DNA of 64,000 nt, taken from positions 49,880,301 to 49,944,300 of the forward strand of contig NC_068982.1 in assembly GCF_001194135.2 (NCBI RefSeq), given 5' to 3'. Under the pieces are notes generated by a model, which ran no database searches, was not told the origin of the DNA, and saw only the letters and a program-made list of their open reading frames with translations. The translations under genes and the position numbers were made by a program. Position 1 is the stretch's first letter. Every line of letters begins with the position of its first letter. The DNA is from Octopus bimaculoides. Taxonomy: Eukaryota. Positions 51,541-64,000 of the stretch are shown piece by piece.

Positions 51541-51942
51541 GGTATGGCTGTGTGGTAAGAAGCTCGCTTCCCAACCACATGGTTCCAAGTTCAATCCCAT
51601 TGCATGACACCTTGGGTAAGTGTCTTCTACTATAGCCTTGGGCCGACCAAAGCATTGTGAGTGGATGTGGTAGATGGAAACTAAAAGAAGCCTGTCGTAT
51701 ATATAAGTATATATTTATACACACACACATACACATATTTGCGTGTTTGTGTCTGTGTTTGTCTCCCAACACCATCACTTGACAACTGACATTAGTGTGT
51801 TTATGTCCCAGTAACTTAAGGGTTACAAGGGTTCAACTAGGCTTACAAAGAATAAGTCCTGGGGTCAATTTGTTCAACTAAAACCCCTTAAAGTGGTGCT
51901 CCCAAATGACCGCAGTCAAATGACTGAAACAAATAAAAGAAT
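51541..51942 (+). mobile_element. Full-length tRNA-derived SINE family B (resembles octopus OR1)
   Basis: Head ggtatggctgtgtggtaagaagc...agttcaatccc, central microsatellite, and 3' ggtgctccc..atgaccgcagtcaaatgactgaaacaaataaaagaataa. Partial copies at about 5400, 8030, 26000, 29065, 30880, 39495, 39730, 46500, 48465, 51970, 52885 and 58430. Confidence 0.82.
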
Positions 51943-52139
51943 AAGCTAAACTGAAAAGGATCTCTTCTATTTTTCTATCTTTTACTTGTTTCAGTCATTA
52001 AACTTGCAGTTATGCTGGGACACAGCCTTGACAGGTTTAATCAAATAAATCAACCTCAGTATTTACTTTTAACATCTGGTATTTATTCCATTGGTCTAAT
52101 ATGCTGAACTGCTATGTCATGGCTACTACGGCTGAGCAG

Positions 52140-52870
52140 CAAGAAGGAAGTCACTTCTTCAACTAGCCAATATCAAGTGGAGAAAAGAATGGGCCAGTGA
52201 GATGGTGGAGAGGTCACTAGCACTTTGGTACACTGTCATATTCTTTAATGAGTCTCAATTTGTTGTATTTTCTGATAGCAGTCAAGTGTGAGTCTGGCAA
52301 CTCTGTGATCAAGAATTTGATGTGAAAAGATTGCAGCCAACAATGAAACACAGTATACTTCTAGAGGGTAAATTGAAGCAATGGTTGATCAGAGCTGGTG
52401 GAGTGTGAGGGAAACACAGACTCAGATATGTGTCCATATTTCAGAAAGGACTCCTTCCAATCTGGTGGAATGATTAAAGAAAACTCTTAATTTATGGAAG
52501 CTAAAAAGACCCAAGATTGGTTGAAAGAAAATAGCATTCAAAAGCTTCCATGACCAAGCCAGTCACCAGATAGGAACAACTCTGGGGCATAATGGACAGG
52601 ACACTTCATAAAACGAACAAGAAAGCATCCTCAAACCCAGATCTTTTGTGATTACTGCATGAAACTTGACAAGAAATTCCTCAAGAGAATATTTGTCAGC
52701 TGATCAGTAGCATGCCTAATAGGGTCCTTGCATTGAAAAATGCAAAGGGCATGTCTACTGAATATTAGATATTGACATTATAATAATTAATAAATAGTTT
52801 GAACGTATAATTTCAAATTTAAATAAATTTTAACGATTATAAGGGTGTCTATTTATTTCTGTCATGTTTG
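52140..52870 (+). mobile_element. Tc1-type transposase DDE-domain relic with 3' end
   Basis: Fragments VIFFNESQFVVFSDSSQV, AKKTQDWLKENSIQKLP*PSQSPD and QEIPQENICQLISSMPNRVLALKNAKGMSTEY followed by stop. Confidence 0.82.
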
Positions 52871-53887
52871 TGTATATATATAAATGATGGGCCTCCACAC
52901 AGTCGCCATCTACCAAATTCTCTCACAAGGCATTGGCTGGTCTGGGGTTATAGTTGCAGACACTTGCCCAAGGTACCACATAGTGGGACTGAACCTGAAA
53001 TTTTATGGTTGGAAAGTGAGCTTCTAAACCACAGAGCCATATCTGGAAGAAAAAAAAACAATTCTCCAAACACTGTAGAGCTCACCTGGAGCACAAATAA
53101 ACAGAGACGATCTGGGTCCAAGAGAAACCAGACATTGTATGCAACAGAGAAGACAGTGCAAGTATAAGCATTAGTAGTGGATGTAAGATGCTCTTTGTTT
53201 ACAATAATGCTGAACACCTGAAGTGGTTGGAAATTGTAGGAAAAGGAGATCTTGGAAAATGTAGATGAAGTGATGAAGATTGATCATGTAGGAAGTAATG
53301 CAACCTTTCTACAGTTAATGACTTGTAGGGAGACCATATTTCATTATGCAACCACAGTATACTTCGAAGTTTTTAAATGCTTTGTAAGTCAATAGTGTTC
53401 TGCTGTGTTAGCAGTGCTATTAAATCAATTGTGACTTTCTAGAGTTAGTGCCATGATAAAATGCACTTGATACACTTTGTTAAGTGACTGGCAAATGAAC
53501 AAAGAGACAACAAAGTACAGAGAGTAATCACTAGTCTTACCCTTCTTAAAGACAACTTTTCTAGTGCTGGTGCCACAGTAAAATGCATTCAGAACATTCA
53601 ATAGAAAGAACATCCATAGAAACCATGCTAAATATTGAGAGTATGAGTGAATGAGACATGGTCCTTTGGCACATCTAGGAGAATAGAAACTCCAAATAAG
53701 AACTGACTCACATTCTAATTGCTCTTACAACCCATACCAACATGGAAAGCCGGTGTTAAAAGGGTAATAATTAGGGTGATGATATATAATTTTAGATATA
53801 CATACGTATACACACGCACATACACGCATACATGTGTGCATGCATGTAAGTATATATGTATGTACGTATGTACATGTATTGTTTTGA

Positions 53888-53919
<32 letters not shown>

Positions 53920-54228
53920 AGGCAGATTTACCAAACATTATATAGCATGTAGAAACAGGCATAACAATCATAATTCAGACACACACATCATATGCACGTA
54001 GTTTGAGAACTAAATTATTATTATTATTATTAACATTCACATTCCTAGAACTGGTTAACGCTTTCATGAACAAAAAGAGAAAAAAATAGCAGTATTATAC
54101 GGAATAGTATTTTTTTTTGTTTTTGTTTTTTTACATTTTAAAACAATATTCCTCAACAGAAAGCTTAGAGTATTATTTGTATTGTTGTAATAGTTAATTC
54201 ATAGAATTATAAAAAAATAAAACTCAAT

Positions 54229-54273
<45 letters not shown>

Positions 54274-55109
54274 GTCTTGCCTAATCAAGTTAACTGGATG
54301 GTAATGAAAGCATTTCTTCAGAGTGGAAAAGAAACAGCAGGAATGCAAGTCAGAAGTATAAAAAGCAAAAACGTATCAAAAAGAAAAATTCTAGGTCACG
54401 TCTCAGTGAATCTGTTCGAATTATTACATTATATATTGACTGCATCTATTATGAAATGAACAATTCAATTGGTTAGAATCAGCTGAGAAAATAACAATCA
54501 TACATACTGATATATTGACGATGAGTGATTTTGATACAGTTGATAAATCAATAACGAGAGAGATTAAGCTATAATGTTCAATAGGATATGGTTTGGCATG
54601 AACTTTTCAGCAAGCATTATGAAATTTGCAGGTAGGGGAATTACAATTAGAATTCAATTACAGCCTAAAAACATTTGATATAGCAGCAGATTTCTATGAA
54701 ATCAAAAGCAGAAATGTCTTTCAGTTTCTTCTATTTACATGCTTTATTGTTCCCGATATCCATGCAACAATTAAATTTGGCAGCCAAATTATTGTCTATA
54801 TCTGTAACATATCTCCCGAATACAAATCCATAGTAAGCAATAATGGTTCGCTTATTTTTATGTATGTAATAATCAAAGAGTTGTGTGCTCTAACAAAACG
54901 GAAAGTAGAATTTTTGTCTGAATATTCGCCTTTGTGTATATTTTCTAAACAAACTCAGCAATTTAATCAAGAAGACAATCCAGCTCCATAAAGAATAGGT
55001 GTAGTTTCAAACTTCCAAATAAAATGTCGAAATCTGACCAATAATACCTACTCCTTTTGTAAGGAAACAAGCAGGAATGTAAATTATAATATCTGTATTA
55101 TCGTTATTG

Positions 55110-55321
55110 TTGTTGTTGCTAAGGTAGTGAGCTGGTAGAATCATTAGCATACCAGATAAAATGCTTAGCAGTATTTCATCCATCTTTCAAATTCTGCCAA
55201 GTTCGACCCCCTTTAAATCCTTTTGAGGTCAATGAAGTAAGTACCAGTTGAGCACTGAGGTCAATGTAATCAACTAGTCTCTTCCTCAAACATTTCAGGC
55301 CTTGTGCCTATAGTAGAAAGG

Positions 55322-55359
<38 letters not shown>

Positions 55360-55762
55360 CACTACATTATGTGTTCAAATTCCACTGAGATCGACTTTAC
55401 CTTTCATTCTTTCAAAGTCAATAAAGTAAGTACCAGTTTAACACTGGGGTTAATATAATCAACTCATCTCCTCCCCCAAAATTGCTGCCCTTATGGCAAA
55501 ATTTGAAACCATTATTATTATTATTATTATTATTATATTATTATTATTATTATTATTGATATTATTAAGGTGACAAGCTGACAGAATCATTACGCATGCC
55601 AGATAAAATGCTTTAAATTCTGAGATCAAATTCTGCTGAAGTCAACTTTGACTTTCATCCTTTTGGGTGTCAATAAAATAAGTATCAGTTGAACACTGGG
55701 GTCAATGTAACAAACTTTCCACTCCCCACAAAATTCCTGACCATGTGCCAAAATTAGAAATC
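55110..55762 (+). mobile_element. Head-to-tail cluster of three family A SINEs separated by (TTA)n
   Basis: Copies at about 55110-55325, 55355-55512 and 55566-55762. Confidence 0.8.
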
Positions 55763-56445
55763 ATTATCATTATTATTATTATTATCATCATTATCATTAT
55801 TATTATTAAGTATGAATTAAAAAAGTTTGTCAAAGAGCAAATTCTATTTCTTATAAGCTGCTGAAAGTTGTTTGGGTTTAACATGTAATCAATCATACAA
55901 TGAAATTTCATTATCATTGTCATGAAAAAAATAAAATGTAACACACTAGGAAATTCAATGCTGCAAAACAATATTAAAGTTAAGAAAATGGCAGCTGTAA
56001 GCTATTGATGAGAACATTCAAATAACTGTGACCTGCTGAGCGACTCACACGCACACCGTAAGATTGGTGACACTTCATATTGTCTTATGTGAGACATCAC
56101 AAAAAAAAAGTATATTGAGAAGTGATGGTATATTGGGAATATTAGAATGAGATGATTAGGTGTGGCAATTTGGATGATCGTGATTTGGCACAGATGATTG
56201 GACATTCAATCTGTTTTGGCAACAGTAAGTGTTGGTACTCAAGACAAATACACACACACACACATACCATGCACAGGCATGTGGGAACATAAACATAAAA
56301 AGAGTGAAAGATGACATTACAGTTTATTGATTGAACAGGATTCATATGCATAAACAGAAATATTCTCACATACAGGCACACACGCACAAATATATACATA
56401 TATAACGAAGGCAGTTACACACAATATAAAACCAAAAAAGGAAGA

Positions 56446-56728
56446 ATTCAATTGTCACTAACTGTGACTGAGGGTGCCAGGTAGCACCTATATTGCTAGA
56501 AATAAGAGTTAAAAACCATTAGTGCTGCAAGAAAGCACTACTAATGAGCTTGTAATTTTCAAGCAAAACTAATCTAGTAAAGTGATCTAGCTTTGCTGTG
56601 GGACAGTTATCTCCAACTGTCAGTATATGAAAAATTTGCTTTCTTCTGGTTCTAAGGATTTTGAACTCTCATTTCTAGCAATACAGGTGCTACCTGGCAC
56701 CCTCAGTCACAATTAATGACAATTGAAT
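56446..56728. mobile_element. 283-bp MITE with long (about 75 bp) near-perfect TIRs
   Basis: attcaattgtcactaactgtgactgagggtgccaggtagcacctatattgctagaaataagagtt is matched in reverse complement at the right end. Confidence 0.85.
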
Positions 56729-57356
56729 ATATATATATATATACATAATTGAGATTCAGTTGAATTAGGTACTTAAGTTGAAGCACCAAGTCAGTCCAGT
56801 ATTATCTGCACGGCTCGAAGTAAGGTGAATCAAATCAAAATAAGCAACAGGATATCAAGTAGTGATGCAGTACAACTGCTTCAAGTGGCTCCATTTAATT
56901 GAACAATGCATTATTATGAATTTTGACTGAACAGATGGAGCCTCGAAACAAAAAGTTGCATGGGGGCCTCTAAAAGTCATGTGACATCCCTGTGCAGTAG
57001 CCATGTATCTCCCTCACTGCATGACACCTATTATACATCCTCTATTCATACTCTAATCTCTCATCTCTCATCTCCTGGCACAAAACTCCTCCTTCAATAC
57101 TGCTCCCCACTTAGCTGTAAATCATTGTTGCTGGTACCACATAAAAAAGCACTATCTTCTAAATCATTGTTACTGGTACCACATAAATTTTATTTTTTAT
57201 ATAAACAGTTACGACACAGAAAAAGGATACACTTAAGCAATGGAAATGAAGGAAATAATTTCAATATTTTAGTTATGGAAGTTTATATCTTTTAAATTTT
57301 ATTCCTCTCCACTCCAAAAGAGAAAAAAAAAAAGAGTTTTGAATTGAGTCAAATAC

Positions 57357-57551
57357 CTTTGCTTTTCCATTGAAAACAACAAGAATTGAATTTGATGGAT
57401 TGCTAGCATTTTTGACAGTTACATTTTCAGGAAGAACAGGGATGATTTTGCCGGATGTATCATAAAGCTGAATTTCAGTAAGTCCAATTCTTTTATTGTG
57501 ACCCCAGTTTGACAAAAGTTCCAACCGAACTTTCCGATGAGGATGGAAAGC
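57357..57551 (-). CDS. KATNIP: KATNIP exon (195 nt, phase 0-0): AFHPHRKVRLELLSNWGHNKRIGLTEIQLYDTSGKIIPVLPENVTVKNASNPSNSILVVFNGKAK
   Basis: Acceptor attttctag and donor AAG|gtattt. The LSNWG...GLTE.Q motif is the start of a DUF4457 repeat (recalled human: EILSNWGNSWWVGLTEVEFF). Confidence 0.92.
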
Positions 57552-59595
57552 CTAGAAAATGTAAGATATTGGAAATAAGATTCAACAAAAGCAATTGGAA
57601 GAAACTGAAATACAACATTATGAAAAAAATAAATCTTATAGTGCATACAAAACATATTTCTATCTGAGAAGCAAATCTATTATTGATCATCGTTTAGTTT
57701 TATATTGCATATGTGATTTTCTGTTGTCATAGTTTGGGAAAGAAAGTGTCTGATGGACAGAGTGATAAACAAAGACGTCAAACAAAAAGTATATGGCAAT
57801 AGGGTTCTTGAAATATAAAAATTTGAAAAAAATTGGTCATAAGTTTCATATGTCAAAAATGTCATATTGTATTGCAACGAAATATTAACAGAGAAGACTT
57901 TCAAAATGTAAAAATAAAAATAAATAAATTAAAAATATGTAAATAAAATAAATATACAAAAAAAAACAGGCTAAGTTTAGTTTTCATGTTGAACACACTG
58001 AATTCTGAGAATGCATGCTGGAAAACTAAGAAAACATTTTAGAATAAGAAGCACCAACTGTTGCATTTGAACAATAAGGAGGTGATAGTGATAGTGAAAA
58101 AAATGCAGTTTTAAGAAAGAAAACATGAAATGAGCAAGTTTGATCCCACCTACAAGAGTTATGAGTAATACAAAATAGATAGAAAGGAAATAATAGAACA
58201 ACTGAAGGCTGTCAACAAGACTTAAATGATTTTCTCCAAGAAGTGTTGGCAATAATCATATTTCATAAGCATCACAATCAAGTTCCAGAATTTGGATTGC
58301 TATTAAGACAATGAAGGTAATAAAAAGAATGTGACAAATGGTTTTAGGTAACACCTTTAATTTTCTAGCAATATTTTAAACATTTTCCACTGTTTTCTAT
58401 TCATTGTTTTTTATCAGGTTCAGCTTGCACTCTTTTACTTGTTTCAGTCATTTGACTGCGGCCATGCTGGAGCACCGCCTTTAGTCGAAGAAATCAACCT
58501 CAGGTTTGTTACAAATGATGGATTTTTGCAATTTGTTTCCAATCTTTTGTGGCTTCATTGGCATCATCATCATCATCATCATCATCATCCTTTTATTGTC
58601 AATTTTTCCATGCTTGCACAGGTAAGACAGAATTTGTTGAAGTAGATTTTTCTATGGCCAGATACTCTTCCAGATGCTTGCCAACCTTAACCTGCTTCCG
58701 AGTAAGGTAACATTTCTCCTCAACCAGACATGTTTTCATGGAAGACAGGAAACAAATTGACACTGCTTGTATGACGGTGACGCTCACTTACAACTCTCAT
58801 GCAAAGTGAAGGCAGTGAAACAATAACACACACACACACACACCTACAAACACAAACATCTATTAAAATAACTACATCTCTGATCAATTACTGCCTCATG
58901 CAAAGGTCAAATACAACTCACATTACAGCACTGATCACACATCAGACATAGTTCTGCTACTCATACAAACATTCACTATTACACCCAGTATCAACTGCTT
59001 TGATCTCACTATTCTAACAAGGCCTGCAAATGTCATGATTTTTCTTCCACTCAAGTAAAAAGGTAAAAAAAAACATCTGCCCTGTGCTTACTGGCTCGTG
59101 AAGTAAATGCTAACATAAATTTTCAAAGCATTTTGTGCTGAGAGTACAAGACACCACACCTTTAAATGTGATGCAAGCCAGTCACACACATAACCCTTTA
59201 ACATTAGTGACCATATCACACCCAAATATCTGCTTGGTTTATGTTCAAACTTGCCAGACGCCAGAGCAGGCCTCTCACACTTACCCTACAATGTCATTCG
59301 AAAATTAAGCAATCACATCATTGAAATCTCAAAGCAACAGGATAATGTGTGATTAATTGATTCAAAACAATGTGAATAAATAAACATTAGATTTGATTGA
59401 GTAATCTAAATGCTAAAAGGATGACCCTAAGGCATCATTAGTACTTAATTCCAGCTGCATGTACTAGAACAACATGAAATGAAATGGCTGGCTCAAAGAC
59501 ACAATGTATTAATCACCCAGTCCAAGAATCGAACCTACAACATATTATGATGTCCACTAACCACTAGTCAACACTTTTTTACTCCTTCTAAATAC

Positions 59596-60056
59596 AGTTC
59601 TATATTTAAGAGATGAGGAATTATGTACATTATTTACATTTGATGGATATTTGTCCTCTTCTTGATTCGGCTGATATACGCTCCAACCTTCATCAAGTGT
59701 CTTGGGGGAATTTTGAACGTGGGTATAAAAGATGGGCTACAGCAAATATTCTGCTCACTACCACAGGTTTGCTTGTCAGTTGTTTGACCATAACCAGTTG
59801 AGCATGTCCCTTGGTGGCTGACGATATGTGCATGTCTGATCACGAGCAGAAGTAGTTGGGGAGCATCATACCAATATTATGTTGAGAGGGATTTGGATAA
59901 TTCACCTTTGGAATACTTTAGGAATGAGAACCCAGGTTCGAAATTTCCCCAAAACACCTGATGAAGGCTGGAGGGTTTATCAGCCGAAACATTGTTAACA
60001 ACGAATAAGATTACGACAAATATCCGTCAAATGCAAATAATGTAAATAATGTCCTA
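59596..60056. mobile_element. Penelope-like pseudo-LTR pair in inverted orientation enclosing a 200-bp local duplication
   Basis: 59612-59712 and 59912-60056 are reverse-complement homologues, and each contains a hammerhead-like core. The Penelope assignment is inferred from the ribozyme type. Confidence 0.6.
59953..59996 (+). ncRNA. Degenerate minimal hammerhead-ribozyme motif
   Basis: AACAC-CUGAUGA-A-GGCUG-loop-CAGCC-GAAAC-AU-UGUU. Stem II is perfect, but stem III reads ACAU instead of the palindromic ACGU. Confidence 0.55.
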
Positions 60057-60076
60057 CTAAATAGTAATAATAATAA

Positions 60077-60595
60077 TATGGCTTCTGATCTTAACTGATT
60101 GGAAATGTTATCATGTACATTGTTTTGTCTAGGTATAAAAGATGGGTTACAGCAAATATTCTGCTCAATACCACGGGTTTGCTTGTCAGTTGTTTAACCA
60201 TAACCAGTTGAGCATGTCCCTTGGTGACTGACGATATGTGCATTTCTGATCACAAGCAGAAGTAGTTGGGGGAACACCATACCAATGTGTTGAGAGTGGC
60301 TTGGATAATTCACCTTTGGATACATGGGTGTTTCATTCAACATCCTTAAACAACCAATATTCAAGGACCTTTTGAGCAGGATGGGCTACTCGACTTGAAA
60401 AATATTCTAACTGGGCCCCATTTGCAAGGTTGTGCACTGTTTATCGTGATATGAGATCACCATGTCACACACATATGGTTGTGATGCATGTGCCTAGTGT
60501 ACTCTTATCAGATGGGTAGTCATGATGGGAATACTGGGCTTCATATATTTTACCCCAATATCACTTTGATGGCATGCACTGCTCTCTCACTCAAT
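60077..60595. repeat. Unclassified interspersed repeat of about 520 bp flanked by (TAA)n on both sides
   Basis: Part of it (60132-60320) is duplicated at 59713-59911. Confidence 0.55.
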
Positions 60596-60604
60596 AATAA
60601 TAAT

Positions 60605-60790
60605 AGTTCCTTAAAATTTGAAATAGGAAGAATTTTGAGTATGAGAACTATCAAGATTGTGCCTATAATATTTGGTGTGTTGGGAACAGCTAGCAAAGAT
60701 ATAGACAAATGGCTGAAGGAGAGGGTTCCTACAGAAAGTTTGTCCCTTAGGGTCAGCAAGGATTATCAGGAGGGTTCTAAGCATTTGAAA
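60605..60790 (+). mobile_element. R4/Dong-type C-terminal fragment
   Basis: Translates as LKFEIGRILSMRTIKIVPIIFGVLGTASKDIDKWLKE, directly after (TAA)n. Confidence 0.65.
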
Positions 60791-60970
60791 GACTACTGAA
60801 GCATCAACCTCAGTGCTTGACTGGTTCTTGTTTTATGGGCCCCAAAAGGGTGAAAGGCAAAGCTGACTTAGGTGGAATTTGAACTCAGAACATAAAAATG
60901 GACAAAATGTTGCTAAGCATTTTACCCAGTGTGCTAATGATTCTGCCAGCTCGCCACCTTGATGATGATG

Positions 60971-61004
<34 letters not shown>

Positions 61005-61039
61005 AAATACAAAAATTGCCATGTTAAGGTAGGTCAGTA

Positions 61040-61165
61040 TTTGGAAAATTGGAAAATATGTGAACACTACAAAATCAGCACTCCTGCTTACTGGTATGAA
61101 CATCATCCTGAGCCAGTCATTGAAGGTAAAAATGTCACTATCTTCTGGAATTTTCCAGACAACAC
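61040..61165 (+). mobile_element. R4/Dong-type fragment (region before the endonuclease)
   Basis: Translates as WKICEHYKISTPAYWYEHHPEPVIEGKNVTIFWNFP. Confidence 0.65.
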
Positions 61166-64000
61166 TACTGCCCCTGCCACTTCCCCTCCCCAAGCTTTCA
61201 GTCAAACTATAACATCTCTTATCCTTCACTTGCCCCAGGACACTGGGTGTGTCTCGGCAAGTGATTGTAACAAACATGCAGATTTAAAGTAAATATAATA
61301 ATTAATAATAACAAGAGCACTCAGAGAGCGCAAACCTCAATCAAGGCAACACCAACATCCTCTCAATGATTAGCCAGAGATGATTTTTAAAATAATGAAA
61401 ATATCTGAAATAAACTCGACTGCTCTCACAAACGAGAATACTAAAAATGAACCGGACTGCTCTCAAAAATTAAGTAAAAAAAAAAGGAAAATAATCCAGA
61501 AACCTTGTCTGGTACTGGATCAATCCCAAAATCTAATCAGTTCATGCCAGTCACAAGGTCAAACATCCCTGAAAGTTTCATCCAAATACATCCAGTGGTT
61601 CTTGAGATATCTTGTCCAAAGACAAACAAACGAACGTAACTGAAAACAATACCTCTGCCTTTGCTAAGGTGGTTGTATCAATAATAATAATAATAATGAT
61701 GATGATAATAATAATAATGCCTTGATCAGAGTCACAAGCAAATGTAAGATTTGAACTTTTGACTGTTTTGTTAATAGTCCAACAATGTAAATTTACATTA
61801 TTCATGGTTTATTTTTATCACATTCTAAAATAAGGAGAAACATCTATTTGTTTTTGTTTTTTTAACAAAAAGGCTTTGTTTATCTCCATCACTACCATTT
61901 CCCCATCTATTTTTACATGTTTGTCTATGAAGATTAAGTAAATACTTTCCATTCTCATCTTGATAATTTGTTTCAGATCAACCAAAAACACAAAACTTTA
62001 AGAGAAACGGTATAAAAGAAATGGAAGGAGCTAGCAAGCTAATGGCTAAATAGACATTGTCTTGAGATTTGAATAGCTTTCCCTTGGGTAAAGTTTAAAG
62101 AAAAGGAATGTTCTTCATACACACTTTATCATCATCATCATCCATTTGATGTAACAGAGTAAAACAATACATAGAGCATGAAGCAAAACTTTTAAAACAA
62201 ATATTATTTCCCTTGGGTAGATTCTGTGATTTTCCAAGAATGAATAAGATATAATAGTATCAAGGACGTACAAATTTTATTTCTCACATATGGAAAAACA
62301 AAACAAGAAAAAAACGTAGAATTTTTTTTTATTACTATTATTATTTTTTTTTTTTTTATTAAAAATATTCTATTTTGTTAATTCTGTACATACAGAGTAA
62401 AACAAAAAGGTATATCCCAGTTACAGGTAAATTGCAGCTCTTGAGGCTTTCTGAATGGCGTACCTAATTTCATGAAGAAAATAATGTTTTCTAATAGTGC
62501 AGCCCACCTGATGATAAGCCATGTTTTATGTGGCCCACTTCTTGGTAAATGTTGCCCATGCTGGGCTCATGCAGCTAATTCTTAAGTGTTATATACAACT
62601 TGCACACAGCTAATTCATAAGTGTTGGATGGCAATTACAGCAAAATGACTGGTCAGTGCTTTGCTAGTTCTATGATTACTATCTGTGAGCATATGTGCTT
62701 CATCCCTCCTCACCTGTCAGAAAAAGTTAGGTAGATGACTGAAACCATCTCATTTGGTATGTCCTTCCATATCCTACACACAACAAAATCTTGCCACTCC
62801 AGTTTGCCACTCAGCTGGCAAAAATGCATTGTACCTGTAATTCAAAGGACCAGCCATGTCACATTCTATAATGTTGAATCTCACTGAGAACTACATTAAG
62901 GGTATGTGTGTCTGTGGTGTGCTCACCCATTTGCACATTAATTTCACGAGCAGGCTGTTCCATTGATCAGATCAACTGGAATCCTCATTGTCACATTGGG
63001 TTCAGTCACCTCCATATTGAGTCCAATCCTTGCACTAACCACTATATCCTATACTTCCTCTTCACAGGAATTCCTTTGTTAAACACATCTCTCCTACAGT
63101 TAAAAACTTGCAGCATTACCTATGGAATATTGTCTTTATCAATCTCAAAAGCCTTCGGGTACCTAATGCTACTGCCCCTTCTTCCAGACCTACTAATAAA
63201 AAGAAAAAGGTGGTGAAACCAGTTATTTCACTGTTGGATCTCACTACTACTTTTTCGAATTCTTATATTTGAGACAACAATAGAATGAGCTATAGCAACA
63301 TACACACCAATTTTTAGTGACCAGACTTCAACTGATGATTAATACAAAGATAATATCAGTAAGTTCTATTAATTAGTCTCAGCATTCAGTCAGCTTGACT
63401 TAACTAATTCATGTCACTGCATCTGACACAATCACCGGTTAACAGCAGTGTTGTATAAAGAGGCATGACAAAGTATAATTAATTTACCACTTCCTTAATT
63501 CTATCACTGAAGAATTGTTGCTCACGATAAAATTTTATAGAGTTTAGCCCTGCATGATTCCTGACAGCTATAGTCTCACAAATGAATATTTTCTGAGTCA
63601 TGAAAATAAGTTGATAAATGGAATACTGAGGTCTGTTACTTCGATAACTCTAGTAATGAAGTTATACTCTATCTTTACAATTGTTATAACAATTTAACAT
63701 TAATTAAATTTTATGAGCAATACTTTTATTTTCATTCAGTTTTACACCTGTTTTTCCATGTTGGCATGGGTTAGAAAGAAACAATTATTATGGTATTCTT
63801 TTTACAGTCAGATGTCTTTCCTGTTGTTAACCTTCACCTATTTTTCAAGTAAGGAGTCTTTCATTTCACATGTCTTTGAAAGTACAAACCCAGTTAGAGA
63901 TTTATTGACAGGCCAAGTGACAACAATATCACAACACATTAGATAAGCACAAATGTAAACAAACACACAGGCACACATACATATGTACATCATCATCATC

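Larger units (their letters stand above)
3953..57551 (-). other. KATNIP: Span of a multi-exon KATNIP/KIAA0556-like gene (partial; continues beyond both ends of the called exons)
   Basis: Seven GT-AG exons on the minus strand occur in the same order as recalled human KIAA0556 motifs: ELLSNWG..IGLTEIQ, MW.C, KIKLWNYN, DLNIG...VFIN..LLYSG.VDKG, then ESW.SL..F...HRGR. Confidence 0.88.

Noticed and set aside
54626-54991. 121-aa plus-strand ORF
   Set aside because: No recognisable motif or splice context; probably decayed transposon sequence.
62425-62463. Possible upstream KATNIP exon VRHSESLKSCNLP (39 nt, phase 0-0)
   Set aside because: The phase fits, but the splice sites are only moderate and there is no recognisable homology.
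1-64000. CRISPR arrays, operons or prokaryotic defence systems
   Set aside because: This is eukaryotic intronic DNA. The recurring repeats are dispersed SINEs, MITEs and microsatellites, not regularly spaced repeat-spacer units.

Overview
This is AT-rich, microsatellite-dense animal genomic DNA from a gapped draft assembly. The repeat families look like those of Octopus or another coleoid cephalopod, which is inference from recalled repeat sequences rather than a search. One protein-coding gene crosses the window on the minus strand, a KATNIP/KIAA0556 (katanin-interacting protein, DUF4457) orthologue. I can place seven exons with GT-AG sites. Exons 57357-57551, 48985-49113 and 47194-47809 join in frame to build the first DUF4457-type repeat. 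Exons 14008-14054, 10185-10506, 9645-9721 and 3953-4099 also join in frame and end in the conserved ESW.SL..F...HRGR motif. At least one bridging exon in the 33 kb between the two blocks was not identified. The rest is intronic transposon debris: a near full-length decayed R4/Dong-type retrotransposon, RTE-type LINE pieces, three tRNA-derived SINE families, Tc1/mariner/hAT/piggyBac relics and MITEs, and Penelope-like LTR relics. I found no convincing new multi-gene system. The best leads are hammerhead-ribozyme motifs in Penelope-like relics (one sense to the KATNIP pre-mRNA), a LINE with a twin-priming-type 5' inversion, polarised stacking of elements in (TAA)n tracts, and candidate poison and micro exons.
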